Shown here: positions 8,836 to 20,614 of the stretch, piece by piece
Position numbering within the stretch: position 1 is the first letter of the stretch
Layout: the number at the start of each line of letters is the position of its first letter
Assembly (NCBI GenBank): GCA_903894565.1
Contig: CAITQP010000016.1
Location: 16,927-80,926 of the forward strand
Direction of reading: 5' to 3'
DNA length: 64,000 nucleotides
Origin: an uncultured bacterium
GTDB lineage: Bacteria > Patescibacteriota > Minisyncoccia > Phycocordibacterales > UBA9973
Notes under the pieces: generated by a model
Told to the model about the DNA's origin: nothing
Seen by the model: the letters and a program-made list of their open reading frames with translations, nothing else
Database searches by the model: none
Made by a program: the position numbers and the translations under genes

Positions 8836-11800
8836 ATGAAAAAAATAACTCTCCTCGCGCTTGGTATTTCTCTTGCAATTGTTTCTTCATTTTTTTTCTA
8901 CACTTCTCATACAACTCACGCTGATACAGCAACATTCACCGTTACGACGCTCGCCGACGATGTTGATGATGCTACCTGTACGGTGAGTTCATGTACGCTT
9001 CGTGAAGCAGTCGCTGCCGCAAGTCCTACACCTGGCGCGACGATAAACTTTGCATCCGGACTCACGGGTACCATTACGGTGAATGACTTACTTGGTTCGA
9101 TCACGATACCAAACAGTTTGAGTATCGTTGGTCCCGGTGCAAGCAAGCTCACAATTTCGGGCAACGACCTCATTCAAGTCATAGTGATTGCTTCAGCTGA
9201 CATCACTGCGACAATTAGCGGTGTGACCATTGCGCATGGTCAATCCCAGGGAGGTTCGGCTATATATAGTACTGGAATACTGACAGTCCATGATGTGACG
9301 TTTAAAAACAACAACGGAGGAGGCGGTGCAACTATTTCAAGTAGCGGCCCAAGTCTTACTGTAACAAACTGTATTTTTACGGGTAATACTTCAGGTGACG
9401 GTGGAGGTATCATTGCAAGTACCGGAACAGTCACGGTTACGAGTTCAGATTTCCTTGGGAATACGGCAAGTGATCAAGGAGGAGCGATTTATATCACAGG
9501 CGATGCAACACTTTCTGTGACCGATTCGACGTTCGACGCGAATGGCTCATCTTTGAATGGTGGCGCAATTTATGACGAAGCAGGAACTGTGCTCACTCTC
9601 ACACGAGATACCTTCCGTTCAAACATGTCGTACATGGGAAACGGAGGAGCTGTGTACAGTACTGGAGATGTGCATACAACGAATGGTTCGTTCTCGAACA
9701 ATAAATCGAGCGGGTACGGAGGCGCAATTGGAACGAACGGAGGTGATGTCACAACCGATGGCACAAACTTCATGACCAATGTGACGTCAGGTGACAACGG
9801 AGGTGCAATTTTTATCAACGCAAGTGGTCTCGGATCGGGGAGTAGTATTGTTGGCGGAACATATTCAAGTAATACTTCGAACTCATGTAACGGAGGAGCG
9901 ATCTTTAGTTCACTGACAACAACCATCAGTGTCTCGAACGCAAGGTTCGCAAAGAATACGGCTAATTGCAACGGAGCTGCACTCTACATTCAAGGAAACA
10001 GTAGTGTCTCAGGGAGTACATTTGAAGGCAATCGAGCATTTGAAAATGGAGGTGCTATTGCTTATGACAACGGAACAACACATACGATTGAAAGCAGTTC
10101 GTTTTTAAACAACACCGCTTTATTCAATGGAGGAGCCGTTTATCAAAATTCCGGCACATTAAGTGTCGCAACAAATACGACATTTACGGGTAATACGATC
10201 GGAACGACCAGCGGAGGAACAGGTGGTGCGATCGACGCACAAGGAGTGAATTTGAATATCGCAGAAGCAACGTTTACTGACAATCAGGCGGGGCTCGATG
10301 GCTGCGGAGGAGCGGTAAGTATCTTTTCAGATGCACATATTCACGACAGTACCTTTACAAACAATCATGGTATTGCGGGAGGGGCTGTGTGCACATTTAA
10401 TACGCATACGGTATTGATTGATGATTCAAGTTTTAGTCAAAACATTGCTCACAACGACGCTGGAGGTGCGATTTACCAAGATGCAGGAGATCTCACTGTT
10501 CACAGTTCAATCTTTAGAGAAAACCAAACTAGTGGCGTACATCGAGGAGGAGCAATTTTCGGTGGAGGAGATTCACTTACGATTACAGGAAGTGCGTTTA
10601 CTCATAATGCATCACAAGGAAGTTATGGTGGTGCGCTCTCTGTTGCGAGTTCATCTCTTGTTCTCAGTACTTCGTCACTTGTTGGAAATACAGCATCTGG
10701 CGGAAACGGAGGAGGAATTTTTCTGAACAATACGAGTAGCGCGTCAATTAGTGACACGACATTCTCGCAAAATAGTGCAAGTTACGGTGGCGGCCTTTCG
10801 ACCAATTCAAATGTTACGCTCACGAATACTACATTCGATGGAAATAATGCGTTATTGAGCGCGAATGTCGAGGTACTCGGAGGTACCGTTTCGGCTGGAA
10901 ATTCGATTTTTTCAAGCATCAATTCGTCAAATTGTAATACAGCAATTACTTCTCTTGGACACAATATTGAAACAGGAACTGATTGCGGACTGACCGATGT
11001 GTCAGACCATCAATCAACCAATCCTCATCTCGACCCAGAAGGTCCAAAATTTTCACCAGAGGGACCAACGTTCGGTGGTCTTCCATATTTGTTTACTGTT
11101 GCACTTACGCCGAGCTCTACGAGTGCTATCAACGGAGGTGCGGGTTGTAGTAGTGCAGATGAGCGTGGCATAGCGCGTGTCGGTACGTGTGATATCGGAG
11201 CGTACGAATATGATGCAAGTCATCCGCAAACTATTTCAACTCCGACTACATACAACACTCCAACGATCATGGTGACTCGTCTCGACGATCCGGTCGGAGG
11301 AACTTGTGTCTCTGGTACGGATTGTTCGCTCCGTCAGGCCGTCGCGTTTGCGATAGGCGGAGAGACGATTGGTTTTGATTCTTCGCAAACCGGAACGCTT
11401 ACGCTTGCTACTCCAATCACTATCGACAAAACAATTCATATTGCTGGATCAGGTCAAAATTTGATCACGCTTTCAGGTGGTGCGACTTCTCAAATTTTCT
11501 TGATTACATCTGATGGCAATCTCTCGCTCGACCACCTGACACTCGCGAATGGGTACGGCGGTTTGGTTGACGCTGGCGCGATTGATGCTGTCGGACCACT
11601 CACCACAAGTTTCGTTACATTCAGAGACAATATGGCACCAAGCGGTGAAGGTGGAGCTATCTATGGAGAATGTGACGTTGTTGGCAGAACTATTTCTCTT
11701 TCGAACACACTGTTCGACGGCAACTTTTCGCTTCTCGGTGGAGCGGTATATAACTGTGGGACAACATCTGATTTGAACGTACTCACTACCGCGAATGATA

Positions 11801-14208
11801 TCTTTGTAAACAACTTTGCTTCAACCGGAAGTGGAGGTGCTGTGTATACAATGAATAGCTCGCTCGACGTCACGAATTCGTTGCTCATAAACAACGCCTC
11901 AAACAACGAAGGAGGAGCAGTCTATGTTACCGCTACGAGTGTAGAGCCAGTGATTACAGTTACGAATTCTGAATTTGAAAACAATTGGTCTCACAATAGT
12001 GGTGGCGCATTTTCAAATGGGTTCAGTGCGCTTGTGCACGTTCACTTTACTGGAGGTTCTGTTTTTCGAGGAAACGTTGCAGAAAATGCCCCGGGTGGAG
12101 CAGTCAATTTGGTTGGCGCATATCTTGATGAAATTTCGAATGTTACGTTTACGGGAAATCAGTCTGCAACAAGTTATGGAGGTGCGATGAATTTGCAGGA
12201 TTTACTCAATGCATCAGTTGCGTTTGATGCCGTACATTTCGATAGTAATTTTGCAGGCAGTGTTGGAGGCGCGCTTCTCTTTTATTCAAGTAGCAATCTA
12301 AGCATTCAAAACGGAACTGAATTTACGGACAACAATGCGGCAAATGGTACTCCTGGAGGAGCAATGTATGTCCATGCAAATAATCTTGCAATTTCTGATG
12401 CTAGTTTTACGTACAATACATCGTGGGGAGAATCTGGTGGAGCAGTGTATATCGACAATACGCCGTACACAATTGATCAAAGTACGTTTACAGGAAATAA
12501 AGCGGCAGCTGGCGGATCAGGTGGAGCATTGTATATTTCAAACGATGGAGATGCCTTAAGCGGTGTGATTACGAATTCAATATTTGACGGCAATTCAACT
12601 ATGAGTGGAAGAGGAGGTGCCATCATGACGACCCTGGGTTCTGGTTCGACCACTATCACAGGATCAACGTTCCTCAACAATTACACATATGATGGTGGTG
12701 AGGGTGCCATTCGTAGTAGTGGTACTGGTCTCACGATTACCAACTCAACGTTTCAAGGAAACGCTGTATTTGACTCATCGGTTGGAGCTGTTGGCCATTA
12801 TGCTGGAAACTTGGTGCTCAGTGGAACGACATTCGCATACAATACGTCCGTTGGTTATGCTGGCGCGATATATGATGCTTCAAATGGAACAAGTACGGTA
12901 AAAAATACAACGTTCTATCGCAACTTCGCTCCCTTTGATGAAGCAGGAGCGTACTACCATGATGGAACTTCTGCTCTTACCGTAAACAACACAACATTCG
13001 CTGAAAACGTATCGAACTCGGAAGGTGGTGCCGGATTGTTTACCTACGCTCCGACGGTTGTAACAAACTCAATCTTTGCCGGTTCGCCACTTGCATCATG
13101 TCACGATGCGGGAAGTCATATCGATGCCGTGAATTCAATGTACAACGTTGATGACGCGAGCGGTTGTTTTGATGGAGAGAATCATAATCAGAATAATATA
13201 AATGGAGCGACTCTCTTTTCGAGTAATGGTCTTGCAATGGGCGGTGGCGAGACGCTAACGCTCGCACTTGCGATTCACTCACCAGCAATCGACGCCGGAA
13301 GCGACACAACATGTGAGATCACCGACCAAACAGGCCGAACACGTGCAGGCAATGGAGTAGCCTGTGATGCAGGAGCTGTTGAATCACATTACGATGTCGT
13401 TACAGAGACGCCAACACTTACGAGCCCAGCAAACGGAAGTTCATATGCACACACTGACTCAATGAGTATCTCGTTCAATCTCCCAGAAACCCCACTCGCA
13501 AATAGTATTGTTCTTACGTTTGCTCCAGCGAGCGGAGACACGATTACGATGCATCTTCGCGATGCAGAACCGAATCGCTTGAATACATTTTTATTGCCGA
13601 TCAGTGGCGGTATCACGACTGGTGTTACTGAAGTCGTTTCTTCAACTGCTGACAGTATTCCTGCTGGAACGTACATCGTAACATTGGCGTATCAAGATGC
13701 GAATGGCAATCCTCAAGCAACAGTAAGTGCGATGGGTGTCGTTGTCGCTGGTGCTGTCACGCACTATAGTGGTGGTGGCGGCGGAGGTGGAGGCGGAATT
13801 ATCATCAGCACGACCACTACTGATACTACGAAAAAGATCGTTGCTATTGATACAACAAAATCTACAAAGACTGATGCGGTCAAACCTATCGTAGTAGTAG
13901 GACTACCAGTAGGATTCCAATTCGCAAAAAATCTCAAACCACTTATGACGAGTAAAGATATCGTACAGTTGCAACTATTCCTGAATGCAAATGGATTTAT
14001 GGTTGCAACGAGCGGGCTCGGTTCGAAAGGGAAAGAAAGTCCATACTTCGGAGTAAAGACCAAGATCGCACTCGTCAAATTCCAAGAAGCATATGCCAAA
14101 GATATCCTTGTTCCACAAGGCTTGACCAAGGGTACTGGAAACCTCGGAACATTCACACGTAAGGTATTGAATGCGTGGATCGCTGGGGTACAGAAGGCGA
14201 CACAATAG
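8836..14208 (+). CDS. giant (1790 aa) secreted parallel beta-helix repeat protein, Pmp/adhesin-like, with C-terminal peptidoglycan-binding-like domain
   Basis: Signal/TM at N-terminus. Two beta-helix modules, each opened by a C-(S/T)-LR-(E/Q)-AVA cap (aa ~50 and ~830). Dozens of GGAI(Y/F) and F-x-x-N repeats. Poly-Gly linker (GGGGGGGGG) then a LQ-FLNANGF...FG-KT-AL-KFQ...GL-KGTG-LG-T segment resembling PG_binding_1. Confidence 0.8.
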   Translation: MKKITLLALGISLAIVSSFFFYTSHTTHADTATFTVTTLADDVDDATCTVSSCTLREAVAAASPTPGATINFASGLTGTITVNDLLGSITIPNSLSIVGPGASKLTISGNDLIQVIVIASADITATISGVTIAHGQSQGGSAIYSTGILTVHDVTFKNNNGGGGATISSSGPSLTVTNCIFTGNTSGDGGGIIASTGTVTVTSSDFLGNTASDQGGAIYITGDATLSVTDSTFDANGSSLNGGAIYDEAGTVLTLTRDTFRSNMSYMGNGGAVYSTGDVHTTNGSFSNNKSSGYGGAIGTNGGDVTTDGTNFMTNVTSGDNGGAIFINASGLGSGSSIVGGTYSSNTSNSCNGGAIFSSLTTTISVSNARFAKNTANCNGAALYIQGNSSVSGSTFEGNRAFENGGAIAYDNGTTHTIESSSFLNNTALFNGGAVYQNSGTLSVATNTTFTGNTIGTTSGGTGGAIDAQGVNLNIAEATFTDNQAGLDGCGGAVSIFSDAHIHDSTFTNNHGIAGGAVCTFNTHTVLIDDSSFSQNIAHNDAGGAIYQDAGDLTVHSSIFRENQTSGVHRGGAIFGGGDSLTITGSAFTHNASQGSYGGALSVASSSLVLSTSSLVGNTASGGNGGGIFLNNTSSASISDTTFSQNSASYGGGLSTNSNVTLTNTTFDGNNALLSANVEVLGGTVSAGNSIFSSINSSNCNTAITSLGHNIETGTDCGLTDVSDHQSTNPHLDPEGPKFSPEGPTFGGLPYLFTVALTPSSTSAINGGAGCSSADERGIARVGTCDIGAYEYDASHPQTISTPTTYNTPTIMVTRLDDPVGGTCVSGTDCSLRQAVAFAIGGETIGFDSSQTGTLTLATPITIDKTIHIAGSGQNLITLSGGATSQIFLITSDGNLSLDHLTLANGYGGLVDAGAIDAVGPLTTSFVTFRDNMAPSGEGGAIYGECDVVGRTISLSNTLFDGNFSLLGGAVYNCGTTSDLNVLTTANDIFVNNFASTGSGGAVYTMNSSLDVTNSLLINNASNNEGGAVYVTATSVEPVITVTNSEFENNWSHNSGGAFSNGFSALVHVHFTGGSVFRGNVAENAPGGAVNLVGAYLDEISNVTFTGNQSATSYGGAMNLQDLLNASVAFDAVHFDSNFAGSVGGALLFYSSSNLSIQNGTEFTDNNAANGTPGGAMYVHANNLAISDASFTYNTSWGESGGAVYIDNTPYTIDQSTFTGNKAAAGGSGGALYISNDGDALSGVITNSIFDGNSTMSGRGGAIMTTLGSGSTTITGSTFLNNYTYDGGEGAIRSSGTGLTITNSTFQGNAVFDSSVGAVGHYAGNLVLSGTTFAYNTSVGYAGAIYDASNGTSTVKNTTFYRNFAPFDEAGAYYHDGTSALTVNNTTFAENVSNSEGGAGLFTYAPTVVTNSIFAGSPLASCHDAGSHIDAVNSMYNVDDASGCFDGENHNQNNINGATLFSSNGLAMGGGETLTLALAIHSPAIDAGSDTTCEITDQTGRTRAGNGVACDAGAVESHYDVVTETPTLTSPANGSSYAHTDSMSISFNLPETPLANSIVLTFAPASGDTITMHLRDAEPNRLNTFLLPISGGITTGVTEVVSSTADSIPAGTYIVTLAYQDANGNPQATVSAMGVVVAGAVTHYSGGGGGGGGGIIISTTTTDTTKKIVAIDTTKSTKTDAVKPIVVVGLPVGFQFAKNLKPLMTSKDIVQLQLFLNANGFMVATSGLGSKGKESPYFGVKTKIALVKFQEAYAKDILVPQGLTKGTGNLGTFTRKVLNAWIAGVQKATQ

Positions 14209-14232
14209 CAGCTTAGTGGTATACTGCCTCCC

Positions 14233-15480
14233 GTGAAAAATGCATCCAATCACTATGATGTCATCGTCATCGGGGGCGGAGCCTCGGGCATGATTGCAGC
14301 AGGACGCGCAGCCGAAATCGGCAAGCGCGTTTTGTTGCTTGAAAAAAACAAGCACCTCGGCGAGAAACTCAAAATTTCTGGTGGTGGTCGCTGCAATATT
14401 ACGAATGCGACATACGACACGCGAGCGCTTCTTGCGAATTATGGTGACGCATCGCAGTTTCTTTTTTCGCCGTTTTCCAAATTTGGCGTGCAAGATACAT
14501 TTACATTTTTCGAATCGCGCGGATTGCCGCTCGTCGTGCAAGCCCGCAATCGCGCCTTTCCTGCGACTGAAAAATCTGTTGATGTCATTCGCACACTCGA
14601 CGGATATTTGCGAAAGGGAAATGTCGAGATCAAATCGGGCATTACCGTGAAGCGTCTATCGAAGCATGATGGTCTCGTGTCGGGGGTCGAGACTCCGGCC
14701 GGTGTGTTTACGGCCGAGACATACATCCTCGCGACTGGCGGAGTATCGCATCCGGAAACTGGTTCGACGGGTGACGGATTCAAATGGCTCGCAGATCTCG
14801 GACATACTATTAAACAGCCAACACCAACAATCGTACCACTCGCCGTCGCCGAAGAATGGGTGCACGCGCTTTCTGGTGTGTCGCTCTCGTTTATGAAAGT
14901 TACATTTTTCCTTGAGGACAAAAAACAATTTTCCAAAACAGGCAAAATTTTGTTTACGCATTTTGGACTTTCGGGTCCGCTCATTTTGAATTCGGCGGGG
15001 AAGGTGGGAGATTTGTTGCAAGAAGGGCGCGTGAGCGCCCGTATCGACGCGTATCCAGATACGGAAATCGGTGCGCTTGATGCACAGATCACCAAACATT
15101 TTGATGCGAACAAAAACAAAATGCTCAAGAATATTTTGAAAGAAATTGTGCCTGAAGGTATGGCACCAGGCATTGCACAACTCCTCACTGCGATCAATCT
15201 CGATACCAAAGTGCACAGCATCACAAAGGCTGAACGTCGTATCATCGTCGATACATTGAAAGCACTTCCAGTCACAATCACCAATCTCATGGGCTATGAC
15301 CGTGCCGTCGTCGCTGACGGAGGTCTCGCGCTCAGTGAAATCGACACCAAAACAATGCGTTCGAAAATAACGCCAAACCTTGCCGTCACCGGCGACCTTC
15401 TCCATATCAATCGTCCAAGTGGTGGCTACTCACTCCAGCTCTGCTGGACAAGTGGCTGGGTTGCGGGCGCAAATTCCTAA
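14233..15480 (+). CDS. FAD-dependent oxidoreductase, HI0933/YhiN (aminoacetone oxidase-like) family
   Basis: GTG start. YDVIVIGGGASGMIAAGRAAE Rossmann motif, GGGRCN. Confidence 0.8.
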   Translation: MKNASNHYDVIVIGGGASGMIAAGRAAEIGKRVLLLEKNKHLGEKLKISGGGRCNITNATYDTRALLANYGDASQFLFSPFSKFGVQDTFTFFESRGLPLVVQARNRAFPATEKSVDVIRTLDGYLRKGNVEIKSGITVKRLSKHDGLVSGVETPAGVFTAETYILATGGVSHPETGSTGDGFKWLADLGHTIKQPTPTIVPLAVAEEWVHALSGVSLSFMKVTFFLEDKKQFSKTGKILFTHFGLSGPLILNSAGKVGDLLQEGRVSARIDAYPDTEIGALDAQITKHFDANKNKMLKNILKEIVPEGMAPGIAQLLTAINLDTKVHSITKAERRIIVDTLKALPVTITNLMGYDRAVVADGGLALSEIDTKTMRSKITPNLAVTGDLLHINRPSGGYSLQLCWTSGWVAGANS

Positions 15481-15559
15481 CCTTTAAAATGAGCAGCAGG
15501 TGTGAAAAAGGCTCTACAATTGAATGTAGAGCCTCTATCGTCATTAAAATCATTTTGAT

Positions 15560-16399
15560 TTATCTTAGTCCTTGTTCCCGATACAAAGAATAGATAAAGA
15601 ATTCCTGCTTTTCCGTAACTTGATTTGCGGGGAACAAATCACTGATCGCGTACAAGCATGTGGTAATCCACAGGTTTGTTGCCCTGAAATCTTTTTCTTG
15701 GTCGGACATAGCCTGTCCAAAAAAAATGTCGAGTTTTTGATCGTATTTTTTCCTTTGTGGGAACTGACTGTTTTTTATTCCCGCTCCGAATTCTTTGATC
15801 GTTTGCTCAACTTCGCTCGACAGAAACGTTTCATACTCTTGCCCTCCAATCTTCCTCGTGAAATCGCTTTGCAGTAAATATGCCAAAAGTTCTTCCTCAG
15901 CGTATTCTTTATCCGTCTGACTTTTTTTGTTCCGATGCTGACTGAACATAAAAGCATGGAAGCTTTCATGCATTAATGTGATGGCTTTGGTTGATGCCGT
16001 TGCCGGTTCGCCGGCTCGAATAACGAGAGCGTTCAGTTTTGAGATAAACTCCGCGTACATTCCTTTTTGGTTGCACAATTCAACCCAGAAACCTCCGAAA
16101 AGGCTATCTTGCGTGAATAATGGCACCATCGAAATACTTGAATCGTTTTTTTTCCAAGACATGAGTCCATCGGAGTCGGGTGCTCCTAGGACAACGTTTT
16201 GGATTAAAAATCCATTCAAGCGTTTTGCAGCAACGTCGTTTGTTGCACTAGCAAAACTGTCAAAGTAATATAATGAATGAGCAACAATCGTTGTACGTTC
16301 ATCCTGGGTAATTGCTCTCACTTTTTTCTTAGGCGAGCAGTTTTGATAGATCACTATCATTCCGAGCAGTGAGCACACTGCGATTAGCATTTTCTTCAT
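15560..16399 (-). CDS. hypothetical secreted protein with HExxH zinc-metallopeptidase-like motif
   Basis: N-terminal hydrophobic signal, internal TLMHESFHAFMF (HExxH). Confidence 0.45.
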   Translation of the reverse strand: MKKMLIAVCSLLGMIVIYQNCSPKKKVRAITQDERTTIVAHSLYYFDSFASATNDVAAKRLNGFLIQNVVLGAPDSDGLMSWKKNDSSISMVPLFTQDSLFGGFWVELCNQKGMYAEFISKLNALVIRAGEPATASTKAITLMHESFHAFMFSQHRNKKSQTDKEYAEEELLAYLLQSDFTRKIGGQEYETFLSSEVEQTIKEFGAGIKNSQFPQRKKYDQKLDIFFGQAMSDQEKDFRATNLWITTCLYAISDLFPANQVTEKQEFFIYSLYREQGLR

Positions 16400-16526
16400 T
16401 TGGTTTTTTATTTGTTTTTTAAGGGGTGACCACTGGGAGATGGGGTGTCTCGCACTGGTCACCGCTTAAAAATATGTCAAAGAAGAAGTTTCATATATTA
16501 ACATATAATTTAGATTACGTCAATAA

Positions 16527-17897
<1,371 letters not shown>

Positions 17898-19445
17898 ATG
17901 GATTCATCAATCAAAAAACAAATTGTGCTTGTGGTGCTCGATGGATGGGGCGAGCGCGCGGAAGCGCGCGATAACGCAATCCGCGAAGCCAAGATTCCGT
18001 TTTTTGATTCGCTCATCGCCACATATCCACACACAACGCTCGATGCATCTGAAGAAAATGTTGGTTTGCCATCTGGGCAGATTGGTAATAGCGAAGTCGG
18101 TCACATGACAATAGGTGCTGGACGCGTGATTGATACCGACCTCGTTCGTATTACAAAAGCGATGAAGGCAGGAGAATTCGTTACGAACCCTGCACTCAAG
18201 TCCGTGTATGACCACGTCAAACACTATGGCTCAACACTCCACATTATGGGTCTCGTGTCTCCAGGGGGTATTCATAGTCACGAAGAGCATCTGTATGGAT
18301 TGCTCCGTGCATGTAAAGACGTTGGTATTACCAATGTCGCTATTCACGCATTCATGGACGGTCGCGACGTCGCTCCCCAAAGTGGTGCAGAATCACTCAA
18401 GCGACTCGAAGCACTGTGTGCCGAGCTTGGTGTCGGTCGCATTGCGACGGTGAGCGGTCGTATCTATGCGATGGATCGCGACAACAATTGGGACCGCATT
18501 GCGAAAGTGCAACACGCAATCTGTGACGGCGTTGGATGTGCGACCGCGACTACGAGCGGTGTCGAACAAGCCAAATCAGCATCGAGTGTTGTCGAAGCAA
18601 TGTATGGCGCGGGTACATTTGATGAACACATTGAGCCCGTTGTATTTCTTGATGCAAGTGGCAAGGCCTCAACAATCAGCATGAATGATGGTGTACTCTT
18701 TTTCAATTTCCGTCCTGATCGTGCGCGCGAAATGAGCAAAATTATTGCTGATATGCGTACAGCCTTGAACCTCTCCTTCACTACACTCACAGAATATGAT
18801 GCCAAGCTCGGCGCGAACGTTGCCTTTCCTCAAACCAAAATTGAAACAACACTTGCGAACGAAATCGCGAAAGCTGGGATGACGCAAACGCATATTGCAG
18901 AGACAGAAAAATATCCGCATGCGACATATTTCTTAAACGGGGGACAAGAAACGCCACACGAGGGTGAAGAGTTTGTGCTCATCGCAAGTCGCAAGGACGT
19001 GCTCACGCACGACCTTGCTCCCGAAATGCGCGCGAAAGAAATCGCCGATGCAGCCATAGCGCGCATCGAGAGTGGCACAGACTTTATTTTTATAAACTTC
19101 GCCAACGCCGACATGGTCGGACACACTGCAAACAAGCCTGCGATCATCACGGCAGTCGAGACAGTTGATCGCGAACTCGGCCGAGTCGTCGGAGCGCTCA
19201 TGGCGCGCCACCCGAATGGGGGAGGCATTGCGTTCATCACGGCCGATCACGGCAACGCCGAAATGAATATCGATCCAAATACTGGCGACAAGCACACAGC
19301 ACACACACTCAATGTTGTGCCCGCAATCCTGACCGAAAAAGGCCACGAACTCCATCACGGCACGCTCGCCGACATCGCACCCACCATCCTCACGCTCTAC
19401 GGCTTGCCGGTGCCTGCTGCCATGACAGGAAAAGTATTGATGTAG
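17898..19445 (+). CDS. gpmI: 2,3-bisphosphoglycerate-independent phosphoglycerate mutase
   Basis: VVLDGWGE, GNSEVGH, ADHGN motifs. ATG immediately follows eno stop. Confidence 0.9.
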   Translation: MDSSIKKQIVLVVLDGWGERAEARDNAIREAKIPFFDSLIATYPHTTLDASEENVGLPSGQIGNSEVGHMTIGAGRVIDTDLVRITKAMKAGEFVTNPALKSVYDHVKHYGSTLHIMGLVSPGGIHSHEEHLYGLLRACKDVGITNVAIHAFMDGRDVAPQSGAESLKRLEALCAELGVGRIATVSGRIYAMDRDNNWDRIAKVQHAICDGVGCATATTSGVEQAKSASSVVEAMYGAGTFDEHIEPVVFLDASGKASTISMNDGVLFFNFRPDRAREMSKIIADMRTALNLSFTTLTEYDAKLGANVAFPQTKIETTLANEIAKAGMTQTHIAETEKYPHATYFLNGGQETPHEGEEFVLIASRKDVLTHDLAPEMRAKEIADAAIARIESGTDFIFINFANADMVGHTANKPAIITAVETVDRELGRVVGALMARHPNGGGIAFITADHGNAEMNIDPNTGDKHTAHTLNVVPAILTEKGHELHHGTLADIAPTILTLYGLPVPAAMTGKVLM

Positions 19446-19539
19446 TGCAGTCATTCCAATCTTTGCCCAAAAAAGTAGTAAAAGTTGTTTCCGAAGGTTG
19501 CTTCACATAAATTCTAAATAAATGTATGGTAATTAAAAA

Positions 19540-19568
19540 AATTCTACTTTTGGGTAGAATTTTTTTTA
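19540..19568. terminator. Bidirectional intrinsic terminator
   Basis: Perfect 8-bp stem AATTCTAC/GTAGAATT, loop TTTTGG, flanked by A- and T-tracts. Confidence 0.6.
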
Positions 19569-19571
19569 TTT

Positions 19572-20435
19572 TTATTTAATCGCAAACGCAAACGGTTTAA
19601 AACAAAATTGTGATCCAACGGGAATATGTGCTGGCGTGTCCTTGTAATTTCTTTTAAAGAATCGAAGTCGGTTTACTTCACGAGTCAGCCCAAGACAAAA
19701 TTCTTTACCATTATTATTTATATACAGAAGACACGTGTCATCAATATTCTCGAGATTGCCTGCTATGACCATCTTTTTAAGGATCTCGAGTCCTTCGTAA
19801 TACGACCAATCATGGTAAATTGCAAAATTTGAAGCTTCCTCTAATAGTGACCATTCTCCAATGGAGTTTCTCTTTTTACATGCGTAAGTCTGTACTTGAA
19901 GGATTGCGCTTTCTCCTATAATCGTTTCAATTGGAACGATTTGTCCGACTTTGTACGTTCCATCTAAGTCGCCGATGTCAATTTTGGAAGCTCTTCCCAT
20001 TGAAGATTCGTATTCTGCGAGATCCGCCATGTATTCATGAAGACCATTTTCGCTAAAAGTAATATCTCTCGCAGGGATTTCAATTGAAGAAATAACTGTT
20101 TTTTCAATTGAAAGGAACTCTCCACAAAAAATAAAATCAGCATAGAATTTTCTAATCGAGATTAAGAGATTATCTGTAATGAGGTAGTCGTATTTGATTA
20201 CAAGATTACGCATACTCTGTAAATGTTTATTTAATCCATTACCCATGAATCGACTGGGGTCAGTTGATTCGTAGAAGTTGAAATAGATTAAAAAATAATC
20301 AAGTAGGAGATTTATACTAATTCTGCTTGGTTCTGTGTCGGGGTGTTCCTCGAGTAGGTCAAGTGACGAGATGAATGTAACAATAGGAAACTCTTTATTT
20401 GTTTCCTCGTTTAAAATTGCTGGCTGATTTCGCAT
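19572..20435 (-). CDS. hypothetical protein, AT-rich orphan
   Basis: 287-aa ORF with markedly lower GC than neighbours. No known domain. Confidence 0.5.
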   Translation of the reverse strand: MRNQPAILNEETNKEFPIVTFISSLDLLEEHPDTEPSRISINLLLDYFLIYFNFYESTDPSRFMGNGLNKHLQSMRNLVIKYDYLITDNLLISIRKFYADFIFCGEFLSIEKTVISSIEIPARDITFSENGLHEYMADLAEYESSMGRASKIDIGDLDGTYKVGQIVPIETIIGESAILQVQTYACKKRNSIGEWSLLEEASNFAIYHDWSYYEGLEILKKMVIAGNLENIDDTCLLYINNNGKEFCLGLTREVNRLRFFKRNYKDTPAHIPVGSQFCFKPFAFAIK

Positions 20436-20614
20436 ATGAGTTGATTTTATTTAGTTATCAATATTTTCCTCAGATTACCATTTAAATCAGTAATGTCAAT
20501 TATAATTATCGCTAGATATTGGAATATACTAAGTAAAATAAGGTTGAAAATTGATTATAAAAATTCTGTTAACAAAACTTGACACAAAACAGACTATACA
20601 ATACAATACAGAAT

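Noticed and set aside
13776-13805. Poly-glycine stretch in the giant protein as a slipped-strand phase-variation tract
   Set aside because: The nine Gly codons are heterogeneous (ggt ggt ggc ggc gga ggt gga ggc gga). There is no homopolymer or simple repeat at the DNA level, so this is more likely a flexible linker.
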